64,000 bases of DNA from Candidatus Paceibacter sp. (GCA_020724845.1 DYGE01000005.1:6116-70115), one strand, 5' to 3'. Counted from the stretch's first letter, positions 19,486 to 31,024 are shown. Numbers and translations are program-made. Notes: generated by a model from the letters alone, not told the origin.

Positions 19486-19525
19486 ATCAAGATAGCGGTC
19501 TTTCACCAAGCAATTCTGTGGAAAA

Positions 19526-19951
19526 CTAATCCACTATTTCAATTCCCATATTTCGGGCGGTGCCGGAGATTATCTTCATCGCCGCTTCCACATCATAGGC
19601 GTTAAGATCAACCATTTTCTTTTCGGCAATCGCGCGAAGATCGGCTTTCGTAACCTTGCCAACTTTAGTTTTTAGCGCCTCGCCGGAACCCTTCTCAATG
19701 CCAGCCGCTTTTTTCAGCAAAGCGGAAGCCGGCGGGGTTTTTAATTTGAAGTCAAAGCTTCTGTCTTCATAAATAGTGATTTCCGCCGGCACAACATCGC
19801 CGATCATGTCTTTAGTGGCGTCATTGAATCGCTTGCAGAAGTCCTGAATGTTAACGCCGTGCTGGCCCAAAGCAGGGCCGATCGGCGGGGCCGGATTTGC
19901 CTGTCCGGCAGCAATTTGTAGTTTTAGAGTTGTTTTAATTGGTTTTGCCAT
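19526..19951 (-). CDS. rplK: 50S ribosomal protein L11
   Basis: [40 protein letters not shown]. Confidence 0.98.
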   Translation of the reverse strand: MAKPIKTTLKLQIAAGQANPAPPIGPALGQHGVNIQDFCKRFNDATKDMIGDVVPAEITIYEDRSFDFKLKTPPASALLKKAAGIEKGSGEALKTKVGKVTKADLRAIAEKKMVDLNAYDVEAAMKIISGTARNMGIEIVD

Positions 19952-20027
19952 ATTATAAGCATTTAACGGTTAACGAATAACGATTAGTAGAGGCCTAAGC
20001 GCCAAAGGTCGAACGTTATAAGCTGGT

Positions 20028-20612
20028 TTATATTTTTTGTATTTGTAATGAATCTAATTCAACTGCAGTGTCTCTTCCAAAAATCGGGACGAGTACTTTC
20101 ACTTTCGCTTTTTCCTCGTCTACTTCAGACACCTTGGCATCATAGTCCTTAAACGGCCCGTCAATAATTTTCACCATATCGCCAACCTGGACTTCCACCT
20201 TGAATTTAGTTTCCTTGCCGCCCATCCTCGCCATTAGATCTTCAATTTCTTCGGTAGAAAGCGGAACCGGCGTGGTGGAATCAGGGCCGACAAAACCAGT
20301 GACTCGCGGAGTATTTCTAACTACATACCAAGAATCTTCAGTTAAAAACATATCCACTAACACATAACCGGGATAAATCTTTTCTTCCACTGTCCGCCTT
20401 TTGCCATTCTTGATCTTCACTTTGGTCTCCTTAGGAACCAAGACATTAAAAATCTTATCATTCATAGAGAGCGAATCTACGCGCTGCCTTAAATAACGGG
20501 CAACCGCGTCTTCATATCCCGAATAAGTGTGAACCGCGTACCAATGACGGTCCTTGTCTTTGATCTCTACCATCTTATTTTTTGAATCCCCCGGATTTTG
20601 CGGCTTTGCCAT
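20028..20612 (-). CDS. nusG: Transcription termination/antitermination factor NusG
   Basis: WYAVHTYSGYE, YPGYVLV, VRNTPRVTGFVG, KOW motif DGPF, FGRDTAVEL. Confidence 0.97.
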   Translation of the reverse strand: MAKPQNPGDSKNKMVEIKDKDRHWYAVHTYSGYEDAVARYLRQRVDSLSMNDKIFNVLVPKETKVKIKNGKRRTVEEKIYPGYVLVDMFLTEDSWYVVRNTPRVTGFVGPDSTTPVPLSTEEIEDLMARMGGKETKFKVEVQVGDMVKIIDGPFKDYDAKVSEVDEEKAKVKVLVPIFGRDTAVELDSLQIQKI

Positions 20613-20626
20613 ATAAAAATATCAGT

Positions 20627-20815
20627 TTAGTTTAATAAGAGAACCTCCAATAAATAGGTAAAAAGATAATCCAACGCCCCCAAAAATGCTGCTACCAGGA
20701 CCGATAGGGCAATAACCACCAAAGTCAAGCGGACAGTTTCCTGCTGGGTCGGCCAATTCACACGGCCAAGCTCTTGTTTTGATTCTTGTAAAAATGAGGT
20801 TAATTTATTAAGCAT
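20627..20815 (-). CDS. secE: Preprotein translocase subunit SecE
   Basis: ELGRVNWPT motif, single TM, position upstream of nusG. Confidence 0.93.
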   Translation of the reverse strand: MLNKLTSFLQESKQELGRVNWPTQQETVRLTLVVIALSVLVAAFLGALDYLFTYLLEVLLLN

Positions 20816-20821
20816 TGTGTT

Positions 20822-20850
20822 ATTATACCTGTTTGCATCGGCGCTGTCAA
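20822..20850 (-). promoter_or_regulatory. Consensus sigma70 promoter of secE-nusG-rplK, leaderless
   Basis: TTGACA-17 nt-TATAAT, ending 6 nt before the secE ATG. Confidence 0.85.
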
Positions 20851-20866
20851 CAAATAACCGGCGGTT

Positions 20867-22843
<1,977 letters not shown>

Positions 22844-22905
22844 TTAATTAAAAAAAGCCGGGGCTTTTTACTTATACAGTATAGCAAATTACACCCCGTA
22901 TTTCA

Positions 22906-22928
22906 ATTAAAAAAGCCGCCTATTTAGG
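22906..22928 (+). repeat. 23-bp direct repeat, left copy
   Basis: attaaaaaagccgcctatttagg; 22/23 identical to 27022-27044. Confidence 0.75.
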
Positions 22929-24050
22929 GGCGGCGGATAATGCTGCTAGCGACCTGCTTAGGTTTTCTCTGGCGGATTTTTCGAACTTATTCCTGAAATA
23001 TTCGGTGTGATAAATATTCGGCCTTTCTAAGAACATTCGGAGAACCGCTTCCCTCCCCCGATTAAAAGCCTCTTTAGTAACTGACCTATATTCCTTTCTG
23101 ATATTTTGTTCGTATTCATCAAATTCCCCGGGTGCGGCCCCCAGAATAGCAAGGTCAACGTCGAGCAAAAGCTTAGCATCGTCATCCTTTGGAACGCTAG
23201 TATGCCTGGTGGCTAGAATCAGCCTGACTACTTTCTCTATTAAAGCTTCCGATAGTCCATCACTCATGACTTTCTTGAAGAACTCGGCGCTTTGCGCCTC
23301 ATTATCACCTCTGTCTGGATCATAGACCGCGTCGTGGAAATAAAGAGCTAATTCCACGGCATCAAAGTTTTTCGGTAAACTTCCGGCATCAGCCAATTCT
23401 TTAGCTGCAACCAGCTCCCTGAGGCAATGGCTGATATGAGAAAAAGTGTGATAGGCCCTATGAGGTTCAGAATATTTTTCTACAAGTAAAGAATATACGC
23501 CTCGAGGATCTCCTTTGGCCCCGGTGCTATTCCACAGCCGGATCCAGGTAAGTTCAGATAGCCGGTTCATCAAAATTGCCCTATATACAGGCGCCGGAAC
23601 GTACTTTCTCACCACTTCCCTCCAACCCTGCGGACCGATCAGGCCCTTGACCAGACTAGAGCTAATTTCGGCAATTTCCCTCGGAGGCATCAAAAATACG
23701 GTAGTAACCTCTTTCTTTAGATCGGCATTAATATTTCTCATAGAATGCTCATTAAAATAATCCGCTCCATTCCTAATTCCTCTCAAAACATATTGAGCTC
23801 CTGCCTCCTTGGCATAGTCAACCAGAAACTTATTTTCAAAACTCGCAACCCGAACATTCGACATCTCAACCGTGACTTGGCGCAACATTTCTAACCTTTC
23901 ACTCAACGAAAAAGTGTATCTTTTATCGGGATTGACACCGATAGCCACTACCATCTCGTCAAATAACGCCGTACCCTGCTCAATCATCCAAAGATGCCCG
24001 TTAGTCGGGGGGTCAAAGCTTCCGGCGTAAACTCCGATTCTCTTTTCCAT
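22920..24050 (-). CDS. Phosphopantetheine adenylyltransferase (CoaD-like) fused to an HD-superfamily phosphohydrolase
   Basis: N-half VYAGSFDPPTNGH...LRGIRN...ISSSLVK. C-half YSEPHRAYHT..H...YFHDAVYDP...NEAQSA...DVDLAILG...IRKEY. Start set to ATG 24050, preceded by GAAAGGA. Confidence 0.88.
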   Translation of the reverse strand: MEKRIGVYAGSFDPPTNGHLWMIEQGTALFDEMVVAIGVNPDKRYTFSLSERLEMLRQVTVEMSNVRVASFENKFLVDYAKEAGAQYVLRGIRNGADYFNEHSMRNINADLKKEVTTVFLMPPREIAEISSSLVKGLIGPQGWREVVRKYVPAPVYRAILMNRLSELTWIRLWNSTGAKGDPRGVYSLLVEKYSEPHRAYHTFSHISHCLRELVAAKELADAGSLPKNFDAVELALYFHDAVYDPDRGDNEAQSAEFFKKVMSDGLSEALIEKVVRLILATRHTSVPKDDDAKLLLDVDLAILGAAPGEFDEYEQNIRKEYRSVTKEAFNRGREAVLRMFLERPNIYHTEYFRNKFEKSARENLSRSLAALSAAPK

Positions 24051-24130
24051 TCCTTTCTGTCTTAGTTCAATTTTCAACGATAGCCATATTCTAGTATAAA
24101 TCCTGTATAAAGTCAAAATTAACCGCCATA

Positions 24131-24156
24131 AGAAAAAACCCCGCAATGCGGGGTTA
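24131..24156 (-). terminator. Terminator hairpin ccccgcaatgcgggg, copy 1
   Basis: GC hairpin followed by a U-tract on the minus strand; identical 15-nt core at 25963-25977. Confidence 0.7.
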
Positions 24157-24807
24157 TTTTTTTAGACAGCGATACAACGAAGCGCCGCCTTCCACTTTCA
24201 CATCCAATAGGAAATAAGGATTCAGCATTCTCGCCAGTCGTTCCGGAGATAGCCAGTGGAAAGAAGTTAGGTGGCAAGGCATTCCTTCTCTGACCTGCAC
24301 ATGATGCACGATATCGCCCACCAACCAGCTGACTTCCACAAAATTATCTCCATCGAGCTGATATTCTTTAACTAGCGGCTTTTCTGGCGGTCTTTTATTG
24401 AAAGTATTAAACACAAATACTCCGCCACCCCTTAGAAACGCAGCCAAGAAGCTCGCAATCTCTTCGCAAAGCCAGTAATTAACGGCTTGCTGACAAAAAA
24501 TGAAATCAAATTGCTTTTTATCTTTTACGGAAGATTTGATATAGGAATCAACCGTGTCTACCTCCACCCGAATTCTGGGATTCAATTTGGCCGGCAGGCC
24601 CATCATACGTTCTTCTCTGTCAACTAAGACTACTTCTTCGGCGCCAAGACGAGCCGCTTCAAGCGACAATCTGCCGCTCCCGCCGCAAAGATCCAGCACT
24701 CTCTTACCGGCAACCGAACCGACTAATTCAATCAAGCTTCCGGCCGGCCGGCTATAAAATCGCTTATAAAGCTTTTCGTAAGTTTGGTAATCCGGATATT
24801 GTTCCAT
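24154..24807 (-). CDS. Class I SAM-dependent methyltransferase
   Basis: Motif I VLDLCGGSG, acidic motif II VVLVD, FDFIF, LRGGGVFVF; abuts the upstream gene. Confidence 0.88.
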   Translation of the reverse strand: MEQYPDYQTYEKLYKRFYSRPAGSLIELVGSVAGKRVLDLCGGSGRLSLEAARLGAEEVVLVDREERMMGLPAKLNPRIRVEVDTVDSYIKSSVKDKKQFDFIFCQQAVNYWLCEEIASFLAAFLRGGGVFVFNTFNKRPPEKPLVKEYQLDGDNFVEVSWLVGDIVHHVQVREGMPCHLTSFHWLSPERLARMLNPYFLLDVKVEGGASLYRCLKK

Positions 24808-25914
24808 TTAGAGCCTCCTCCCATCCTTATCAAACAACAAGATACAGCCATGTGCCTCAATATTGTAAGAAATGTGATTCGGACGATTGGTATCTCTTAC
24901 CGTTCCTGGCGGAGCGTAAGAAAAAGTCGGCAGCGAAGGCTCTTGCTTATGATAATGAACAACGTGGTCAACTTTCGGATTCTCAAAAATTCTAGCCAAA
25001 AGAGGCGCGTTTAAGCTGGCTTTCCTGGGTCCGGAGATCACTTCCCTTTTTTTATGACTAACCCGCAAAACCCGCACTATATCATCCAACTCTTTCTTGC
25101 CCCGGCCAGTAGTCACAAAACCGCTTTTATACCTTACCGCGATTGTGCCAAACATCGTTCCATCTTCCACGGCTACAAATTTGTCGGCGAATTTGCCCAG
25201 TAGCTTCTTGATCTTGTTTACTGCGCCGGCCGGCAAAGATTGGTCCGGCATTAAGACTGTTCGGTAATATAGATCATTGATGACGTCCCATATCCATTCA
25301 GCTAAATCCCCTTGAGACAACTCATGAACTGCCCTCTCTCTGGTAACCGCGTACTTCTTCAAAAGATTTCCGGTGTCATTCGCGAAAACGGCCGTTGCCG
25401 CAGAATTCAAAACTATTTCGTAAGCAGCTCCAATGAGATCTTCATAGGAAACTCCAGACAATAATTTGAATCCGAAAAGCTGAGTATGCGGGGCCACGCC
25501 CCTGACCCGATCTATGATTCTCGGAGCAATGGTAAAATTGATCGGAATAATATCTCCAGGCCTATAATTATGGCTTGGGAATTTTCCCGTAAATGGTTCC
25601 GCCGGAATTAGGTTAGCGACTGCCGCTCCCAGAATCACCGCATCCATTTGGGGCGCTAATTCTAGAACCAGGCGCTGATAATCTTCTATGCCTTGGTGCG
25701 GCAAAAGCTTTAGGCCTTTATCGCTTTTCGGCAATTTTGTCTCCAAACGATGCGGATGCACGTAGGTTACTTCCGCGCCGAAAGAAATCAGGTTATCTGC
25801 CAACTCGGCAATCAACCCCCCCTTAAAGCGATTGGTAATAATCTTAACAGCGTCAAGATAGCAATGTACCGGCCCGCCGGTTATCAAAACTTTTTTGGAA
25901 GTTTCCATCTTCAT
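24808..25914 (-). CDS. CoaB/DFP-like phosphopantothenate-cysteine ligase domain fused to a class II aldolase/adducin-like domain
   Basis: N-part KVLITGGP..YLDAVKIITN..GG, GAAVAN, GFKL, VFAND. C-part GTIAVR..GFVTTG..K, ASLNAPL, VVHYH, YAPPGT, HG. Confidence 0.75.
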   Translation of the reverse strand: MKMETSKKVLITGGPVHCYLDAVKIITNRFKGGLIAELADNLISFGAEVTYVHPHRLETKLPKSDKGLKLLPHQGIEDYQRLVLELAPQMDAVILGAAVANLIPAEPFTGKFPSHNYRPGDIIPINFTIAPRIIDRVRGVAPHTQLFGFKLLSGVSYEDLIGAAYEIVLNSAATAVFANDTGNLLKKYAVTRERAVHELSQGDLAEWIWDVINDLYYRTVLMPDQSLPAGAVNKIKKLLGKFADKFVAVEDGTMFGTIAVRYKSGFVTTGRGKKELDDIVRVLRVSHKKREVISGPRKASLNAPLLARIFENPKVDHVVHYHKQEPSLPTFSYAPPGTVRDTNRPNHISYNIEAHGCILLFDKDGRRL

Positions 25915-25950
25915 TTTTCAACCTGAAGTATAACTGGCTGTAGTTTACTC

Positions 25951-25978
25951 TAAAAAGAAAAGCCCCGCAATGCGGGGC
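25951..25978 (-). terminator. Terminator hairpin ccccgcaatgcgggg, copy 2
   Basis: gccccgcattgcggggc followed by ttttcttttt on the minus strand. Confidence 0.7.
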
Positions 25979-25991
25979 AATGAATCAAGAC

Positions 25992-26906
25992 TTACAAACC
26001 GACGGTGGAGAACAGATCTTCCCTGATCTCTTGAATCGCCTTTTCCTTATTCCAGCTGTTGTCGGATGCCTTGATAATAGCTATAGCCAATTCCTCCGGC
26101 AAACCAATCTCCCGCGCGTACAACATTTCCGCTCCCGGATAGCAATGCTTCCACTTAACAAAAGCGCAAACCGCCATGATCGGATCGTAGCCCAGATTAT
26201 CAGCCGTCCGGAGATGACCCTCTTCGGTAATTTTCCAAGAATACCGAGAATTCCGCAGATTATACAAAAACTCTTCATAGGCTCTAACCATCGGATGAGA
26301 AAAATACGGGCTGAGGCGAGCAACGGTGTCTTCCCACAAAGATCTATCAATATCCCTATCCATAACCTTCCAATCGGCCCTTTCCGGACGCTTCAGGAGC
26401 TGGGCCGCTACCGTGCGAAAATACTGCTTCGGCGCGTTCGGTTCCCAGCAAGTACGGTATACCTTTTCCGGGTTCCAAAGCAGATATGGCTTTTTAAAAA
26501 CTTGGTACTTCTCACGGATATCCGTGAGAGCGCCTGATAACATCATTAAGTTGCCGGGAAAGTCATCCATCAACCTGTCGTCCAGAGATCCTAAAACAGC
26601 CGGGATCAGATGAAGATGAGCATGATTAATGGTTTGTCCGACTATTCCATGCTCAAACAAACTCACCGATTCACCATAACCCCCTGCTGCCAAACGGGAG
26701 AAAGCGACATCTTTTAAGCGCTCCATTTCTTCCAGTTCCGGAACTTTCATTTCACCAATACAAGAAACGTGCCTCTTGGGAAAGATGAGGAGATAACCGC
26801 CATCTGTTATTTGACCAAGACTCGCAACGATATTAAATCGTTCATTCTCAAAAATAAGCCTATCCTCAAATAAAGCCTGCTCGCAAAACACGCAGTCGTT
26901 TTTCAT
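25992..26906 (-). CDS. HIT-family nucleotide hydrolase with a ~100-aa C-terminal extension
   Basis: CVFC, YLLIFPKRH, FEHG, histidine triad HAHLHLIP. Confidence 0.85.
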   Translation of the reverse strand: MKNDCVFCEQALFEDRLIFENERFNIVASLGQITDGGYLLIFPKRHVSCIGEMKVPELEEMERLKDVAFSRLAAGGYGESVSLFEHGIVGQTINHAHLHLIPAVLGSLDDRLMDDFPGNLMMLSGALTDIREKYQVFKKPYLLWNPEKVYRTCWEPNAPKQYFRTVAAQLLKRPERADWKVMDRDIDRSLWEDTVARLSPYFSHPMVRAYEEFLYNLRNSRYSWKITEEGHLRTADNLGYDPIMAVCAFVKWKHCYPGAEMLYAREIGLPEELAIAIIKASDNSWNKEKAIQEIREDLFSTVGL

Positions 26907-27021
26907 TTTCAAAGCTCGCCTTAATTGCTAGCTATATATTAGTTGAAAAATTGCCTAATGTCAAAACAATAAAGTAAGAAACAGGTCTATTGCCGGTTAA
27001 AAATAAAGATAAAAACTTTCC

Positions 27022-27044
27022 ATTAAAAAAACCGCCTATTTAGG
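27022..27044 (+). repeat. 23-bp direct repeat, right copy (overlaps the M13 peptidase terminator)
   Basis: attaaaaaaaccgcctatttagg. Confidence 0.75.
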
Positions 27045-27059
27045 CGGTTGTAATCATTA

Positions 27060-29027
27060 CTACCAAACTTTCGCCCTCTTTGATTTCGGGCGATACATTC
27101 TGTCTTTCGGCCTACAACCAAACGCTTTATGGAAGGCTTCCATGTTGGCCAGGGGCTCTAAGACCCTCAATTTGCAAGGCGCGTGAGGGTCAATTACAAG
27201 ATGCTGCCTAGCCAATTCATCGTTAATATTTATCCTCCAAATCTGCGCCCAGTTAATGAAGAATCTTTGTTCAGGCGTAAAACCATCAATCAGACCAGGG
27301 CGGCCCTTTTCTTTTAGAGCTTTTTGCAAAGCATCAAAAGCGATCGATAACCCGCCAAGATCAGCAATGTTTTCTCCCAAAGTTAGTTTGCCGTTTACTT
27401 TCTTTCCGTCGATTACCACGCGATTTTCGAACTGTCTCACCAGCTTTTTGGTTCTTTTTTCAAAGTTATCCCTATCTCTCTTGGTCCACCAGTCTTTCAA
27501 GTTACCCTTAGCGTCATACTTACTGCCTTTATCATCAAACCCGTGAGTCAGCTCATGACCGATCACTGCCCCAATACCGGCATAGTTGACCGCGTCATCA
27601 GCATCGGGATCAAAAAATGGCGACTGCATAATACCGGCAGGGAACAGAATCTCGTTCATCTGAGGCAAGTAGCCAGCGTTAATAGTCGGAGGGTTCAAGA
27701 ACCACTCACTCCTATCAACCGGCTTACCCAGCTTTTTCAGCATCCGACGGAACCAGAATTCATTTGCTCTCAAGCAATTAAGAATGTAGGCATCAGGCCG
27801 AATATCCATATCCCCATAATCTTCCCAAACATCCGGATAACCCAATTTCCTAGCTACCCTATCCAGCTTTTCGAGCGCCTTTGCCTTGGTTTTTCCCGTC
27901 ATCCAGTCCAGGTTTTTGATTCTTTCCCCATACGCCGCAATAAGGTGATCTACTAATTCATTAACTATCTTTTTAGCCTTAGGCGGGAAATAGAAGGCAA
28001 CGTAATCCTTGCTGATAGCGTGACCGATGAATTTATCCAACACTCCGATACACCTCTCCCATCTAGGCTTCATCTTTTTTGCCCCGCTAAGCTTCTTCCC
28101 ATAAAAGGAGAAACTATGCCTTACAAATTTATCTCCCAGGCGGCTGAAAGATTGATTCAATAAGCACCAGGAAAGATAGACCCTCCACTCTTCAATGCTG
28201 ATTTGTCCCAACAAGGAACTGGTTCCTTCAAAAAATTTCAATTGCTCAACAACAAGCGTTCGCAACTTCGGAATCTTTACCTCATCAAAATATTTTTGCC
28301 ACGGAACATTTGGAGCTAATTTTCTCAGTTGAGAGAAAGTCATTTTATTGTACCGAGAAACCGGATCGCGCCTCTCAACCCTTGTCATAGAAACCCGGGC
28401 AAGAGAAGCCTCGATTTTAAGCACAATCTTTGCTGACCGATTCGGGTTCTTGTTCCCTAATAGAGCAAATGACCTCGCAATGTAGTCGAGGTATTGCTCA
28501 AGAAGCTCTTTGGCCTTTCCTTCCTTACTGACATAATAATCTTGATCTGGAAGGCCGAGCCCTCCTTGACAGAGCTTCAAAGCCATCAGCTCATTATCCT
28601 TAGCATCTTGATCAACATATATGTTCCATAGGCTGTTAATGCCAATTCTATGGAGATGAGCGACAACTGCCATTAGATCCTCTAAGGTCTTTACCGACGA
28701 AATGCGATCAAGCTCTCCTTGAAGAGAGACAATGCCTTGCCTATTAAGCTTCTTACTATCCATGCCGGTCAAATAGAAATCTTTCACTTTCTGACGCTCG
28801 CTTCCCTTTGGATGTTCCTTAGAAACAATTTTCTCAACGATAGCTCTCAATCTCCTGGCACTCTGGCGATCAAGGACATCAAACGTCCCCCAACGACTTT
28901 TGGATGGCGGAATCGGATTACTTTTCAACCAGCCGCCATTTACATACTGATAAAAGTCGTCTCGAGGATCAGCGCTTAAATCAAAATTCTTTCGATCGAT
29001 GATCTTCTTTTCCATATTTGTTTCCAT
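27060..29027 (-). CDS. M13-family (neprilysin/PepO-like) zinc metallopeptidase
   Basis: DDFYQYVNGGW, INAGY, HELTHGFD, GENIAD, DPHAP. Exact start uncertain (29015 or 29027). Confidence 0.93.
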   Translation of the reverse strand: METNMEKKIIDRKNFDLSADPRDDFYQYVNGGWLKSNPIPPSKSRWGTFDVLDRQSARRLRAIVEKIVSKEHPKGSERQKVKDFYLTGMDSKKLNRQGIVSLQGELDRISSVKTLEDLMAVVAHLHRIGINSLWNIYVDQDAKDNELMALKLCQGGLGLPDQDYYVSKEGKAKELLEQYLDYIARSFALLGNKNPNRSAKIVLKIEASLARVSMTRVERRDPVSRYNKMTFSQLRKLAPNVPWQKYFDEVKIPKLRTLVVEQLKFFEGTSSLLGQISIEEWRVYLSWCLLNQSFSRLGDKFVRHSFSFYGKKLSGAKKMKPRWERCIGVLDKFIGHAISKDYVAFYFPPKAKKIVNELVDHLIAAYGERIKNLDWMTGKTKAKALEKLDRVARKLGYPDVWEDYGDMDIRPDAYILNCLRANEFWFRRMLKKLGKPVDRSEWFLNPPTINAGYLPQMNEILFPAGIMQSPFFDPDADDAVNYAGIGAVIGHELTHGFDDKGSKYDAKGNLKDWWTKRDRDNFEKRTKKLVRQFENRVVIDGKKVNGKLTLGENIADLGGLSIAFDALQKALKEKGRPGLIDGFTPEQRFFINWAQIWRININDELARQHLVIDPHAPCKLRVLEPLANMEAFHKAFGCRPKDRMYRPKSKRAKVW

Positions 29028-29164
29028 ATATCTAAACAATGCTGACAATATTTTAGCTAAAAAATAGACCCAGGTCAAATGGAGCCCCCAACAGAATTTA
29101 TTGCGCTATAATCTCGAATAAAACATCTGGGAAAATTTACCGCGGGATAAATCGCGTAGAGTGT

Positions 29165-31018
29165 TTATTGCCGATTTCTAAATAACGTTTTCGCAAAATC
29201 CCAGAACTCTTCTCGTCCTTGCAGTTTTTCCCAATACCACCACTCTACGCCCCACAAGTAGGCCTCGCGAAATCCTACTTCCCGCGCGTACTCAATATTT
29301 TCCTGAAATTGCTCAAAACTCAAAGACTTGTCTCGCTCTTCAGCTGACATATGCGAAGTCGGCGCCGGCCCCCAGGGCTCGGCCTGAAGTTCTACTACGA
29401 CTATATCTTCAGTATCCGCAAAATATTTAATCAGGTTCGCCTTCCAATGGAAAAAACTCGGCGGAAGGGGGTAGCGCCAGTAGCCATCCCCGGGAATCAT
29501 ATCGCTCCAGATAACTCGATACATGGTAGTCCCGAAAACATCAGCTCGCCTGGCCGCTTGAATCCACAAGCTCAACTCCCCACTGTCGGTTACAATCACC
29601 GGGCGAGCATCCAACGATCGAACTAATTCCAGCTCTTCATCCAAAAAACCCTTATCAAACTCCGGACAAATCCCAAAACCAATCAAGAATGGCTCGTTTT
29701 CCACCTGCCAATATTTGATGCTCGGGTTGTCCTTATATCTGTTAACTGTTTCGGATATCAACTCCAAAAGATTATCTTCCCGCTCCTCCTTCTCAAATTG
29801 CATAGCCCAATCGGGTATGTGGCACTCCGGCCACCTTGGAACCCTTTGCCCAACAGCCAAAATAATTTCCGCGCCTCGCGCCCCGGCTTCACTTACCTGC
29901 CAGTCCAGATTGGAAAAATCCAACTCGCCCTCTTTTTGTTCGATGTCAGTCCAATAAGCAGAAATCCTGACCTTTCTTACCCTCAACTCATCTAGCATCG
30001 CGGCGTAGGCTGCTTGCCAATCTAAGCCAAGCTCTTCGGCCCGGAACTGGCTGAAAGTCACGCCAAAATCCTTCAAACCAGGCGCCAGATCTTCCGGCCT
30101 CTCGCGAAAAGCGAGAATTGCTAGCCCCAAGAAAATGAGCAAAATCGCGATAATCTTAGTGATAATAATTTTTCTGGAAGTTATTTCTTTGAAGAGAGCC
30201 GGGTAATACCTGGAAACCCCGGCCGCCAAGATCAGCACAAAAACATATTGCACTCCGGACAACGCCTGCACCAAGGCCACGCTACCAAGAAAAATCGCGT
30301 AATTCTGCAGTAAAAAGAAAACCCCAGCCAAAGATTTATTCAAAACAAACAGGCCGGCAGCTTTCCCGGAAATTCCCCTTAAATAATCTTTTAAAGTTTG
30401 ATGGCCGCCTATCCGCGATAAATATAAAAATGCTAATCCGGCAATAAGTTCCCCCATCCTGCCAACGACAAAACCATTTACAAAACTGGTTTCCGTATAG
30501 ACATGCTTTATCAAGACAAGCGAAACGGCGAGGAGTAAAGAGCTGGCTAATACAAATACCACTGATTCTAATGTGTGGAGCAAAACATCGGATATTTTAG
30601 TAGAGATCACGATGCCACCCGCTAACAAGACTAAAAACGCAAGAAGCTGGACACTATCCAGCTTCTCAACCAGAAACCAGCTACCGACCGCCAATGTAAA
30701 AATGGCGGTTAACGAGCCGGAGAGCGGAGTCACGCGGGAGATATCGCTTATCTGGATCGCCGAATAAAGAAAAAACAGCCCAATAACATAAATCGCTCCA
30801 CTGGCAAGAGCTAGCCAAACTAGACTCGGATTCTGTACCAGCGGTCCAAGCTCAAACCCGAAAGGGACCAAAATCAGTCCGTATATTCCAAAAACCCCAA
30901 CCCAGGCGGCATAAGTGATCGGCCGCGGAATGGCGGCTTTCAAAATAACCTTATCTAAAATCGCCACCAACGCGGCGACGAAGTAAGCAAGTATCGCGAA
31001 AAATAGCCAAGAAGACAT
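29165..31018 (-). CDS. EamA/DMT-like ~10-TM transporter fused to a clan GH-A glycoside hydrolase domain
   Basis: First ~305 aa are a duplicated hydrophobic DMT-like unit; then FGVTFS...VRISAYW...PRWPECH...WQVENEP...ELQAEPW...LWGVEWW. Confidence 0.78.
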   Translation of the reverse strand: MSSWLFFAILAYFVAALVAILDKVILKAAIPRPITYAAWVGVFGIYGLILVPFGFELGPLVQNPSLVWLALASGAIYVIGLFFLYSAIQISDISRVTPLSGSLTAIFTLAVGSWFLVEKLDSVQLLAFLVLLAGGIVISTKISDVLLHTLESVVFVLASSLLLAVSLVLIKHVYTETSFVNGFVVGRMGELIAGLAFLYLSRIGGHQTLKDYLRGISGKAAGLFVLNKSLAGVFFLLQNYAIFLGSVALVQALSGVQYVFVLILAAGVSRYYPALFKEITSRKIIITKIIAILLIFLGLAILAFRERPEDLAPGLKDFGVTFSQFRAEELGLDWQAAYAAMLDELRVRKVRISAYWTDIEQKEGELDFSNLDWQVSEAGARGAEIILAVGQRVPRWPECHIPDWAMQFEKEEREDNLLELISETVNRYKDNPSIKYWQVENEPFLIGFGICPEFDKGFLDEELELVRSLDARPVIVTDSGELSLWIQAARRADVFGTTMYRVIWSDMIPGDGYWRYPLPPSFFHWKANLIKYFADTEDIVVVELQAEPWGPAPTSHMSAEERDKSLSFEQFQENIEYAREVGFREAYLWGVEWWYWEKLQGREEFWDFAKTLFRNRQ

Positions 31019-31024
31019 AAAATT

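Noticed and set aside
24131-25978. Integron attC sites
   Set aside because: The hairpins are short GC stems with U-tracts, lack RYYYAAC/GTTRRRY boxes, and there is no integrase.
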